From: Trichosphaerium sp. ATCC 40318
Taxonomy: Eukaryota > Protista > Tubulinea
Reading direction: 5' to 3'
Length of the DNA stretch: 64,000 bases
NCBI GenBank assembly: GCA_038496445.1
Contig: JALMLS010000525.1
Location: 1-64,000, forward strand
Part shown: positions 51,039-64,000 of the stretch, in pieces
How positions within the stretch are numbered: position 1 is the first letter of the stretch
How the letters are laid out: every line of letters begins with the position of its first letter
The notes under the pieces: model-generated
Database searches by the model: none
What the model was told of the DNA's origin: nothing
The model's input: the letters and a program-made list of their open reading frames with translations, nothing else
Made by a program: the position numbers and the translations under genes

Positions 51039-53837
51039 TTAATCGTCTGTGCAACTTAACACAGTCATGTCAATATCTGACGTATTCACTGTCTTTATTC
51101 CACTTGTTGAAGTTTTTTGTGTTGAGTTACCACGTGGTGTTAGCTTCAAAAAAGAAAAGTTAATACAAACAAAAAACATAGGTTGAAGATTACTCACATT
51201 TGTTTCGTTGCTGTAAACACGTCGAGCAGAACCAGGTTTTGTACGTAAAGCTAATTTTCTTCTACACGTAAGTGTGTAGTATGCAGATAGGAGAAGTGAA
51301 GGAAATGTCGGCATGACTAGTATATCTCATTAACCAACAACAAAAAAGGAGAAAAAATCATTAGCGTACGATACACAAAGATAGCAGCTAATAATCCTGA
51401 TGCTGAAAGAGACGCTGCAGACACAATAGATACAAATCTAGGTACTATGTGCGGGAAAACTAAAGAGTATTAAAACTTGAGAATAAACAGTTCAGCAGCC
51501 CTTCAAAAAAACTTACATCCATAGCAATCTTCACCGCTTGAGGCTTCACAGATAGACCACTCAACCATACCAATAACTGTATTACGGCTAGAAACTTCAT
51601 ACCATACATAAAGTGTGGAATCACACAATACAGCTACCCATACCTACACAACGTTAACAAGGAAAGCAAGGGAGTACTGGGTGTTGGGTTTTTTCACTTT
51701 TTATCATAAAACTACTTCGAAAGAAATAACCACGTGCCAGTATCAAATAAATACATTGAGTAACTTGAATAGCAGTAATTGGTGTTTCACTAGACTCTCC
51801 CTGTGATTCATTCTTATGCCACCTCAGTGTCTAAGTTGTAAAAACATTAACACAAAAAAATAACAAGAAAAAAAAAACTTCAAACAAAAACAATGCTATT
51901 TAGTTATTGAGCCGTGCCTTGTGTAACCGTAATATGACCATAAATATATTTACTGTTTGTATAGCTAAAGGTAAAAGCATAGGTATCTGAAAGAATACAG
52001 CACCCATAAATGTGGCTACGCTACTAGTATCATCGATTATGTTTCCTTGAGCGAACGCCGCTATTAACAAAGAAAGTTACACAACAGTTTTGTTTGTTTT
52101 TATCTCTCTTACGGAAACAGCTTGGTACACATCCAGGTATGACACCAAAGTGTCCATTTACTATAAATGCTATCCCACATATTATGGGATAAAGGAAACC
52201 TGCAAAGGTAAAAAGAGCTCTAAAAGATGATTGTTGAGTTTTTTTGTTTTCTATGATTTGATAGGAAGCTACAACGTACTTGTGCCATTTCTTCCAATGG
52301 AATCTTGGATAATACAATGTTATAGTAACTGCTGTTCCATAAGCAGCCCATAAATGTATAGCCATGAACAATGGGAGAAGAGTACATAGTGCTGAAAAAG
52401 AATTAGCTGATTTAACGTAGAAGACAAAGATACATACCCATAGCAGCACATGGGAAGCTATTAATACCAATAATCGGACGATAGTGTCCGTCAATACAAA
52501 CAACACTATCTAAACCTGCAAAAAAGTAGGCACCAGAACAGATAGTTGCCATCCTAAAGGAACCTTAACAAAGAATAATATGTGTACGTGTTGTTTTTGT
52601 TTGAAAAAAAAATGTGTTTTCGGCCATCTTGGATTACATAAAAAATAACAACACGTGTTGGAAAGTCCAAAACAATTGCATAAAAGAGGCGCATACGTTC
52701 TCCAACATTCAAAAATACAAAAGGAAATGAAGGGCGGTAAGAAAAAGAAAAAAAAGAGAAAACTGAAAGAACTACTTACCAGCACGATAATACAAGCAAG
52801 TCAGCAGGAAACTTATACCGAAAACGGTTTACAGTAAGTATCACACATGCAATCAAACCAAGGATAAAGCATATAGGTGATACAATGAAATGTGTCTATA
52901 CAAAGAACGTCAAGAAAAGATACAACAAATTGCACGTGGTAAAAAAAAAAAGTTGTACCCATTTCTCCGCACTGCATTTAAGAGGTAGTGGACACATGTA
53001 ATCACAGTGTTTTTTATCTTTGTTCCATATTGTTGGATAATCACAATCACTAGCATCGAATGTAATATTATAGCTATTACAATTTGATGATGAGTCATAG
53101 GCAGGAAACGGAAAACCTAATTCCCAATTTAGAAAAAAAAAAAAAAATAAAAAAATTGTTCATCTCTTTTGTTGCCTTGCAGGTAACCCCTCACAGTTCA
53201 GATCATTCAAATTCCCTAGTCCGCACTCTTTAAAATACCGTGTCATTCTCAGAATAAAAACAAAGGTATTTCTATGGGGTACAGGGGAAGAAATTTGAAC
53301 GTCTTAGTGATCTGTTTTTCCAAAAAAATTGTACCTCCAAGTATCTCTACTTCACTGCAATTCGGTTCTAAGGTCGGTACAAAGTTGAACGCTGGTTTGC
53401 ATTGTTCTTTTACAGCCTCACAAGTCGATACACAAGGGCTTGAAGGTAATGAAAAAGTACCACAGTTGTGTAGTCTGTATAGTCTCTTGCAAAGGTTCTC
53501 CTTCATTACCACCGCACAACTATAATAAAAATAAGCGTTTTTGTGGCGTACGCGTAATATCGGCTTGATATTTTTCTTCTTACGTTGTGTTCGTTAGGAA
53601 GAGTGACAGCAATGGTAGGTATACTGCCCCGGCGTCATATAACGATGTAAAGTTTTCTGCTGTAAAAAGATCACCAGCTACGGCATACGTTGCATTAGGG
53701 TCTGCTACTGACGATTGTTGGTAGTAAACACAAGGATGACCAGGAGGAAATGGCTCACAAGTAATAACCGGTAATTGCGCAGACGCGGTTAATAGCGCCA
53801 CAGAAGCGAGCGCAAGGTATAGGAGCACCCGTTGCAT
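51039..53837 (-). CDS. Frizzled/Smoothened-like GPCR (signal peptide, Fz cysteine-rich domain, 7TM), copy 2
   Basis: Signal MQRVLLYLALASVALLTASA. CRD CAVVMKENLCKRLY...PCVSTCEAVKEQCKPAF...PNC. Multiple TM exons (ALCTLLPLFMAIHLWAAYGTAVTITLYY; FAGFLYPIICGIAFIV; IPMLLPLAIQTVNIFMVIL). Ser/Thr tail ending CTDD*. Confidence 0.8.
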
Positions 53838-54042
53838 TTGCGCAAAAACACCAAACTAGATTGACTTATTTGTCAAATAACAGAAAAAGAAACCACTACA
53901 AATAGGGCTATTGACATCCTACAGCCACAAGACATTAAAAAAAACTGATTAAACAAATAAAAAATCGAAAGCAACGACACGAAAACGTTTTGAATATGAA
54001 TATTTATTTAGAAGTGTAGATATCCCTGAGGATCGTTGAGAG

Positions 54043-54915
54043 CTATGCTGATGCGTTTGTGAGCATTTTTTGGATTAAACGGCTTGACGTTAAAAGGTTA
54101 CCATGTTGAGGTGCGTATACGTTCCAAGGACCTTCAGTAGCAATTTGACGGAGTGTGGAAGTGTAACCTTGCTTGTTCGTGACACAACGCCAATTCCAAA
54201 ATGGGTTGATTTTGGGGCTTCCAAGAAGACTAACGACCCCAGATAGTATTCTATTAGGAAGAGGATACATCGTCATAAGGCCGCAGTCACCCAGAACTAT
54301 TTTGGTTCCATCCTCGAGCTTCAACGTGTAAAATAATTCGCCCTTCACTCTCAGATTCTTCTCGTTGTTGTACAGTTTGACATCAGTCCGAAGTCTCGGT
54401 AGCAACTCCTGGCAACTCCCTGCAATATCTACAACTCCTTCCATTGCGTCGATAGTGTTTTGAGGACAAATCACTTGAGCTTCTCTAAAAACTTCCTTCC
54501 AAAAGACAGCGTAGGAATCATGTGACGGGGAAGGGACAATAATGTACTTTACCGGTATCCCAAGTTTGCGCACGTGTTCGATACTCTTATCCTGAGGATT
54601 AACGACGTTGTAAAGTAACAATCCGTCATCGTCATCGTCGAGCTTAACAATCGTCATGACGCCTTCTATAGCCCCTTTTTGTTGGCTGTAGATGCACCAA
54701 ACTTTTCCGTCGATGATCGTTTTCATGTCCGAGTTGACCGTTTTGAAGCGTCTCCAGAGCATCTTTGGCAGTATGTCGAACAAGAACATCCATACAAACA
54801 TGCGAAGTAAGACGAGTACAATAGAAACTTTACCAACGAACGAACTGGACGCCCATGCTTCCTTAAAGCCGTAGAACCCTCTCGTCTTGATTTTTTTTGG
54901 GTCGACTCTTACCAT
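54043..54915 (-). CDS. Intronless DUF4336-like / metallo-beta-lactamase-fold protein with an N-terminal membrane anchor
   Basis: 290-aa ORF. MTIVKL...LLLYN, LGIPVKYIIVPSPSHDSYAVFWKEVFREAQVICP, IVLGD, YAPQHG resemble DUF4336 motifs; hydrophobic segment near the N-terminus. Confidence 0.7.
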   Translation of the reverse strand: MVRVDPKKIKTRGFYGFKEAWASSSFVGKVSIVLVLLRMFVWMFLFDILPKMLWRRFKTVNSDMKTIIDGKVWCIYSQQKGAIEGVMTIVKLDDDDDGLLLYNVVNPQDKSIEHVRKLGIPVKYIIVPSPSHDSYAVFWKEVFREAQVICPQNTIDAMEGVVDIAGSCQELLPRLRTDVKLYNNEKNLRVKGELFYTLKLEDGTKIVLGDCGLMTMYPLPNRILSGVVSLLGSPKINPFWNWRCVTNKQGYTSTLRQIATEGPWNVYAPQHGNLLTSSRLIQKMLTNASA

Positions 54916-55609
54916 TGCGTAGCAAACTTTGTTAGTGCACTGTTTAAATAGTTTTCGTCAACAGTAGTCTTTTTAAGGCAGATAAGGGAACTCCGCACTT
55001 TTTTCTCGGATTGTGTTAAGGAGACATGGTACGAAACTAGCGGATGAATGCGCGGGCTATTAATATCCCCATACACACCACACAACGTGTGATTCGCATT
55101 TACGAGAGGTTGGAGGTAGTACAGAGACAGCCAAAGGTAAAAATGGAACACATACGTCAGCTATGCGCGTTTACTTGCTGTGAAATACTCACAGTTACCA
55201 TCCTTGCTGAAAGCGATAAACAATAATCATCGAGGAAGCCTCAGTATCCGCTGTCACTGAAGCCTGTCTTAATTCTTTTCAATACACTTCTATTGTTCGA
55301 AGTATCTTTGGGCGACATTGTATTTTTTTTGATATTGTTTTTTCTGAACTCAGAGTGGGATTCAATGTTGCCTTCACATTTTTTTCTTGAAACCATTTCG
55401 TTGTACCCCTTTCAAAAACAAATAAAATGTGAACAGTCTCAGAATTCTCTTTTGATTTAATTTAAACTAAATGTCGCATCTTATAAACCAAAAGCGTATT
55501 AACACTCCCTGCCGGAGTGAGGTGTACCCTTATACGACATAAATACCGTCAAATAGACGGTGGCACACTTTCATTTTATAAAAACAAACTATTTACTTTT
55601 TATTTTTGT

Positions 55610-57691
55610 CTACGTCTTGTTTGTAATATGGTACCGCAGAGAATTCTCAAATCTACACCAATCAACAGTTTGCTTCCCATCTTTTGACCACTTATCAGGA
55701 ATACCAACATATTTCTGAAACTCCTCAACAGTCCTGACCTTACCCATGCCATAACGATCTATCTCTTTCAAAGCCTTCTCACTAACTTCTGACCTCTTTT
55801 TCTTATTGAACATAACCTATATATGGTGTTAATATTCATAATTAAGATATCAAAATACAAACAACAAAAAAATAGTCACGTGTTTTTTGCACGAGTTTTT
55901 CTTTATGTTGTTTTTTTTCTCGGAAAAAAAAAGCACTTACGAAAAGTCTATCGAACGCATCTTCAGCGCTTCCTTGAACATGATTAAAGAACCATGTTTT
56001 ATCTTTTTTAGCGTCTTTGATTTTAAGTTCTTGACGGTAAAAATGGAATATAACGTTCTCAGAAGTACCTAAACTTCGAGTAAGTTTTAACGTAAGAACG
56101 AAAAAAAATAAAAGACTCGAGGTTTTTTTTGACTTCTACTCACCATATATATTGTAACCATGTGTGAATGCGCGAGCAGAAATTAATAGTTCCTCTCCTT
56201 CAAACATATAGTCAAGATAAGGATCCCAAGGTACCTCTTCCAGAAAAGAGCGTGGAACAAAAATAAGACCAGCACCTAACAAAAAAAATTATTAATAATC
56301 GAACAAAAAAAAGTCGTGAAAACTCATTTTGAAGAGTGACGTACCCAAGAAAGGTGCTGGAATAGGTACACGTCGTCCATTGGGATACTGCTTTAGCATT
56401 TCTACACTTAAAGAGTATCCAGCAGGTCGAGGAATATATTTACCACCAATATCGTATCGACATGTATAAATAAACCTCTTTTGTTCAAATGACAAAGAAG
56501 GAGGATGATGAGCTAAAAAAAGAAGTAAGTAAGTAAGCCCTTAAACAGAATTTTTCAGAATCAGAGTTTCGTTTTGAAGACCCATATGGATCTATTTTGC
56601 AGAGACTGCAACTTGAATCAAAAAGAAGTAAAAGGAAACTTGAAAACCGCGGTTCAAAAAAAAACCAAAAATCCAAACTTTCAAAAAATCATAAAAAAGA
56701 AGGAATGAATTCACTCTGTCATATCACTGATGACACAAAAACTAGTCTTAAAAGTAATAACCACACTGATTAAAAACATACCAATAATAGATTTTCTTGG
56801 TAGCTTAGTAATATGCCACAATATTGTCTCATCCCAATCAGTACCAAACGTTGAATGCGCATCGATTTGTAAGAAATAATCCTCCTGTTCAAAAAGTGTT
56901 GAAGCCAAGTATCTAGCTATGCAAGGCCCTTTTGCTTCCTTGTAGAACTTCTCTATAACACGTATTCTATCTGTAGGGCATCCAGGTCCATCCCATAGCT
57001 TACACAACTCCTCTACGCAATCAATGTCTACAAAGCGTCAGTCGAGCGACTTCGCTTTAAAAAACGTCGTGGGCACTACTGGGAGCACCTAGTTGCACGT
57101 AGTTGTTGGAACAGTAGTTGTGGTACCGCTGGAGCAACGGTTTGTTGTAAAAAAGCAAAACAAGCTGTTATTAAACCAACGATGTCAAAAAAGTCTTTTG
57201 TGCGCGTGTGTACGTTAGCTTACCTTCTTCTGGATCGCGCTGCTGCACTAGCCCGACATATAATCTCTCAGGGTATGTGGCGTTCTTAAATAGTGAGTAC
57301 AGTGTAGCTGGGCATCTAGGATCACGAAAAGCGGCCACCGAAACAAAAATTGAAAGTTTCGACGTTGACAAATCTGCTGCTATATTTACCTAGTATTGCA
57401 TTAGCTACAACGTTTTATAGCCTAATACATAAGAAAAGAATGACATGTGGTATGAAGAGCGACACGAACGCTTTTTTTGGAGTATTGCATTGCTCTATAA
57501 TGCTATTCAAGCATTCAAAGGACGGTTGTATTGATAAATTGCGTTATTTTTGTTGTTTTACGTACATTATGTCCTGTATGGAGTACATTGGGCATGTGCG
57601 ACGCGTGATGAGTGAAGAAAAAATAATAAACACACGCCAACACATACACGCCGACGAAGATACCAATGAGTGCTCGAGTAGACCACGACAT
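55610..57691 (-). CDS. Type II membrane GT60 UDP-GlcNAc:polypeptide GlcNAc-transferase (Gnt1/Gnt2-ModB family, Golgi-type)
   Basis: N-terminal anchor MSWSTRALIGIFVGVYVLACVYYFFF. Motifs IFVSVAAFRDPRC, LYVGLVQQ, EAKGPCIARY, EDYFLQIDAHSTFGTDWD, EVPWDPYLDYMFEGEELLISARAFTHGYN, RYGMGKVRTVEEF. Confidence 0.88.
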
Positions 57692-57803
57692 ACTTATCGC
57701 GTACGCTAAGCGCTTTAAAGGGTTAAAACGGTGTAAATGGAAAAAGTCAACAGAAGTTTGAACTTGTTTTTTTTTATCCTCGGTTCGCAACGCTCGTTAT
57801 ACT
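57692..57803. promoter_or_regulatory. Very compact bidirectional promoter between GT60 and RUVBL2
   Basis: Only 112 bp separate the inferred divergent ATGs (57691 - and 57804 +). Confidence 0.55.
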
Positions 57804-60074
<2,271 letters not shown>

Positions 60075-60501
60075 AAAAATCCAAAGACCAAAAAATGTCA
60101 ACAAAGAAAAAAAAAAAACCCTTTGCTACTCTACAAAAACGTGTTGTTTGCTTATCGACGTTCAATAATGCTTCAGTGGTGTAGAGCGTGTTATAAGAGA
60201 TATATTTCATTCGTTTTATGACGTAGAACGCGAGGTAGGTTCTAGGTTCCCAGCAGGAAATCCATAGTGAACTGTACGTTGTTGACTGATAAGGATAAGC
60301 TGTTTGAACACATTTGACAAGTAACATAAAGTTAACTTCGCTGGTACGCTAAAAAAAGTTATAAACGGCATTATAAAGCCTATACACCTATTGGCCACCT
60401 TGTTGTGATATTAAAATAACCCGTTACGCTGGTATGGAGGTCGTTACTCAACCTCCAGAAAATAAGCAGCCAGATGGGTATATTTTACCTGCAAAGACGA
60501 A

Positions 60502-61920
60502 TGGGAAGAAGGATAAGGTAAAAGGTTCGTTTTTTTTATAAATAACCGGCAAAAAGATACTTCTCTACACAAAGCCGTTATTTTGATGTAAAAACAGGTG
60601 TATAACGCGTAAGTTAGCGCAAAAAGGTAGAAAAAAGTCACGTGGTACCAAACGACGTGCATCGGAATCAAAAAAACGAAAGAGAAGAAAATATCCACCA
60701 TCGACTCAGTCTTCTGAGCAAGGAGCTAATGAGGTTAGCCACACATAACAAACCGGAAAAAAAACAAAAAACAAAGCCTGTTTTACGAAATAATGATTAG
60801 AGATCTTTCAAAACCAAAATAGAAAAAAAAATTGTTCATGTGTTGGTTCTCACTGGTTGTTTTTGTTTAGGTTGATACTGGTAAGGATGATATTCATAAT
60901 ATGCCGGAACCTCGTGACACAAAAAATAAGCATAAAGGAGTACTTGCTGCGCGTGTAGATGATGGAGACGATAGTGGTATTGATAGTTTTATTTTTCCGG
61001 AAGATGCGGTTGTGTCTGCTGATTCTCGTAGAAAGTACGTACCTATACTTCGAATCTATTTAAATAACTAAGGAACACGCAATTATTAATTTAAAGCGAA
61101 CCCAAAACAAAAAAAAAAATTGTCAAGAATTCGCGACTCGCTGGTTTTTTATTCGTTTTGATTGTTTCGAGAAAAAACGTGATTTTTTGATTTTTTGCTT
61201 TTGTCGTTTATTCATTGATTTCTGTACGTAGAGTGATGCTTGTTACGTTGGTTTGGACACTTCTTTTCTGCTTTTGTAATTTACCTGTATCGTTGACTGG
61301 TATCGTTATAGCATGTACGTGGAAGTGTTTTACAAGGATTTTTAGGGGTTGTCTCTGAAAAAGCGATGTGAACTAATATGTACTAGCGTTTCGTCTTACG
61401 AATGCTGATGTATGTCTATCTGGACTGAGTACTTGGGCATTGGTTTATTGTTTATGGCTACTTATATTTGCTGTTATGATGTTACCTCTATTATTGTCTA
61501 AAGGGTACACGTGACAATATCATTCGAAAGAAAAAAAAAGAGAAAAAAAAAGGAATATTTGTTTTTTTTAACCCTCTTCTTACAGGTGCGCTGTGACTTT
61601 TTCTAAAATTCTACATACAATCAACGCATTATTTCAACTTGTATGGGGTGCCATGGGCCTTGCTTTCATATCTGGGAAATGTGTACGCCACAGCACTTGC
61701 AAAACGAAAAAAAAACCCCAAAAACTTATTTGTTTTCAAGGATTCGAAGTGGCCTATCTTCAGATTTAGTATAGTGTTGTTAGTTCTAGCTGTATTAAAT
61801 GTAACGTATTATTGCTTCAGAATGTACAAGTACTCAAAGGCATCTGGTGGTATAAGAGCGAGTATAGTAAGACAAGTACAAGCGCCTCCTAGACCTCCAG
61901 AAGAAGTCGAAGTCGTGTAG
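60502..61920 (+). CDS. Uncharacterised membrane protein with about 4 TM segments and a basic cytosolic N-terminus
   Basis: Spliced exons give GRKKSRGTKRRASESKKRKRRKYPP..., then hydrophobic segments VMLVTLVWTLLFCFCNLPVSLTGIVIA, WALVYCLWLLIFAVMMLPLLL, INALFQLVWGAMGLAFI, FSIVLLVLAVLNVTYYCF. Start codon uncertain. Confidence 0.65.
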
Positions 61921-62049
61921 AATAAATGTAAATATAAAAAAAAACTCTTTGAGCAAAAAAAAAGTTGTGGGGCTGCTTTTTTCGTCTGAGAAAAAACAAA
62001 AAGGTTCTATTTGGCTTGGTTGAAAAATTTATCTTGTTTATTAGTTCAT

Positions 62050-63784
62050 TTACAAGCTAAGAGCCAAAACAATAGCACACAAAACAGCTGAGAAGACCAT
62101 TGTTAAAGCTGAAGATGTAGGAGCAACAGGCATAGTAGGCATAACTGGCATAACTGGAGCGGCAGTAGGAGCAACTGGCATAGTTGGCATAACTGGAGCG
62201 GCGGTAGTTGGGGCAACTGGAGCGGCGGTAGTTGGGGCAACTGGAGCAGCAGTAGTTGGAGGAACAATGGCTGATGCAGTGATTACTTGGTCAATAACAT
62301 GGATGACACCGTTGAATGCGCGTTGGTTGGCAATTGTGACTGTAATGTTACCATTGATTGTGACTGTACCAGAATTGACAGTGATTTGAAGAGAAGTATC
62401 TGAGTTAAGTGGCATAACAGTTTGTCTAAGCAAACAGAGTGAGAATCGTACGTTTCGATAAAGGGTAAAAATGGCTTTTTTTTTTTTGTACGTACGTTGG
62501 CATAAGATCAGTGGAGAAGATCATACCGCTGAGAACGTGGTTCAAGAGGATACCAGACAAAGCTTCAGGTGCTACGGTACCAGCAGCTGTAAAAGCAGCG
62601 TTGGTTGGAGCGAACAAAGTGAATCTGTTTGTAGTGTTTCCAATAGTGGCTGTGAGGTTTGCTTGGGCGAGTGCGTCAGATAAGCTGGTGAGACCGAGTC
62701 CGGCGAGGAGTTCGTTGAGTGTCAAATCTTCTGGTACAATGATAGTGTCAACAACATGAACAACACCATTGCTAGTGAAGACATCAGTTGCAACGATGTT
62801 TGAGTAAGTATTGACAGTTCCAGCAGTGCTGTTGATGGTCAATGAAGAATTGGCCAAAAGAGGTGTTACAGGATCGGAAGGTAGACTGTTTGAGTAAGCA
62901 AGAGCTGAAATAAAGAGTTAGTGTCTTTCGTAGAAAGAAAAAAAGAAAACAAAAAAAAAGACAAAAAAAATTGTTGTATCAAAGTAAAAAGTACCTGGAA
63001 TGACGTGGTTTTTTAATACTTTTGTGAGGAGCTCTTTACCAACATTAGTTGTTGTTAGGAAAGTGATAACAGATGAGTCGTATTTTAGGAAAGCGTCATT
63101 GTTAGGAGCAAGAACTGTGATGCCAGAAGCAGAGCCAAGTACGGATACAAGGTCAACTGCGGTAAGAGCAGTTACAACGGTTGTTAGGTTAGCTGCGTTG
63201 GCTACAATGGTCAAGTTTTCTGGGGTTGGAATAACAGTTCCAATAGTGTATACGTCGCCGTTTGATAGAGATATATTGCTGATGATTGGGATGCCGTTTA
63301 CGTATTTAAGCACATCATTTTCAAAAACAAGCTTAAGTTTTTGTGCAGCATTGAGAGTTGAAGGTGTGTAGGCGCTGTCAACAAGCATTGTAACGTTACC
63401 AGTAGCGTTGAGTGTTTTGTTTACGCCGTGGTAAGAAAGGACTCCTACTACACCTAAGAGAAATAAAGTTAGTAATGGTTGCTGCTAGCTAGGCTTGAAA
63501 CAAAAAGTGCGGAGAAATAGTGATTCTTTTTTTCTGTGTGTTTTCTTTCTCTTAGTGTACGTACTAACGGAACCAGGCGTAAAAGCACTAAAAGCTTGAT
63601 CGGTAGGAGCAAATAAAGATATTTTTGCGTCTGCTGTAGCATTCAAGAAGTCGACAATTGCTTGCTCTCCTGATGCAAAACTGAACAATTGAGTCAGGTT
63701 TTGGGCTGTTGAAAGGTAGTCGAGTATAGGTTGTGCGCTTGCGCAAGAAACGATAAGGATAAGAGCGATAAATACTGTTCTCAT
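62050..63784 (-). CDS. Fasciclin (FAS1) multi-domain, GPI-anchored cell-surface protein
   Basis: Signal MRTVFIALILIVSCASA. Three FAS1 H1 motifs (ISLFAPTDQAF, ITVLAPNNDAF, FTLFAPTNAAF) and H2 motifs (NGDVYTI, NGVVHVVD, NGVIHVID). Pro/Thr/Ala linker and hydrophobic GPI signal SSALTMVFSAVLCAIVLALSL*. Confidence 0.92.
62116..62262 (-). repeat. Coding tandem repeats (PTTAAPVA x3, PVMPTMPVA x2) in the fasciclin stalk
   Basis: Near-perfect 24-nt units GGAGCGGCGGTAGTTGGGGCAACT on the + strand. Confidence 0.85.
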
Positions 63785-64000
63785 TTTTGTTTGAGCGAGC
63801 TGTTGCTTTGTAAAGTGATCGGAGCAATTATAAAAAAATTTAAAATGTAGTTGGCGGAAAATTCATCTTTTTTCATAACTTCACGGTACCGAGTAGTAGA
63901 AAAAAATTGTTGCAAAAGTACTGCAAATATCCATTGAAAACTCGTTTTAAAAGGGTTCTATAGTTTTTCCGCGTTTTCGCTTTACTTTTTTAGTATATGG

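Noticed and set aside
60215-60291. Possible C/D box snoRNA (ATGACG...CTGA with TTAT/ATAA ends)
   Set aside because: Box C deviates from RTGATGA and I could not identify an rRNA-complementary guide.

Overview
This is AT-rich, gene-dense eukaryotic DNA with about 19 protein-coding genes. Most are split by many short (about 40-200 nt) spliceosomal introns with GTACGT/GTAAGT donors, CTAAC-like branch points and YAG acceptors, so the ORF track only shows fragments. The gene content (Frizzled/Smoothened-like GPCRs, a Roco protein, a PVRWM-type tyrosine kinase, a GT60 GlcNAc-transferase, sacsin, fasciclin) fits a free-living protist, probably an amoebozoan (inference). Genes in order: C2-C2/Gly-rich protein (-), PSI/Cys-rich secreted protein (+), GPI-anchored zincin-like/IPT protein with a broken HExxH (-), SIRT4 (+), intronless F-box/LRR (+), sacsin-like (-), single-pass tyrosine kinase (+), Fz-like GPCR (+), intronless orphan (+), second intronless F-box/LRR (+), RGS-START protein (-), Roco LRR-ROC-COR-pseudokinase-WD40-FYVE (+), TMEM14 (+), second Fz-like GPCR (-), intronless DUF4336-like (-), GT60 (-), RUVBL2 (+), 4-TM protein (+), fasciclin (-). 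The most notable observations are an LRRK2-like Roco with a degenerate kinase and a C-terminal FYVE finger, head-to-head with an RGS-START gene; a SOCS-box-like insert in sacsin; a bacterial-type pseudo-protease on the cell surface; frequent GC-AG introns; and strong non-coding enrichment of TCACGTGA. Gene models were spliced by eye, so boundaries are approximate. No rRNA, tRNA, CRISPR array or clear transposon was seen.
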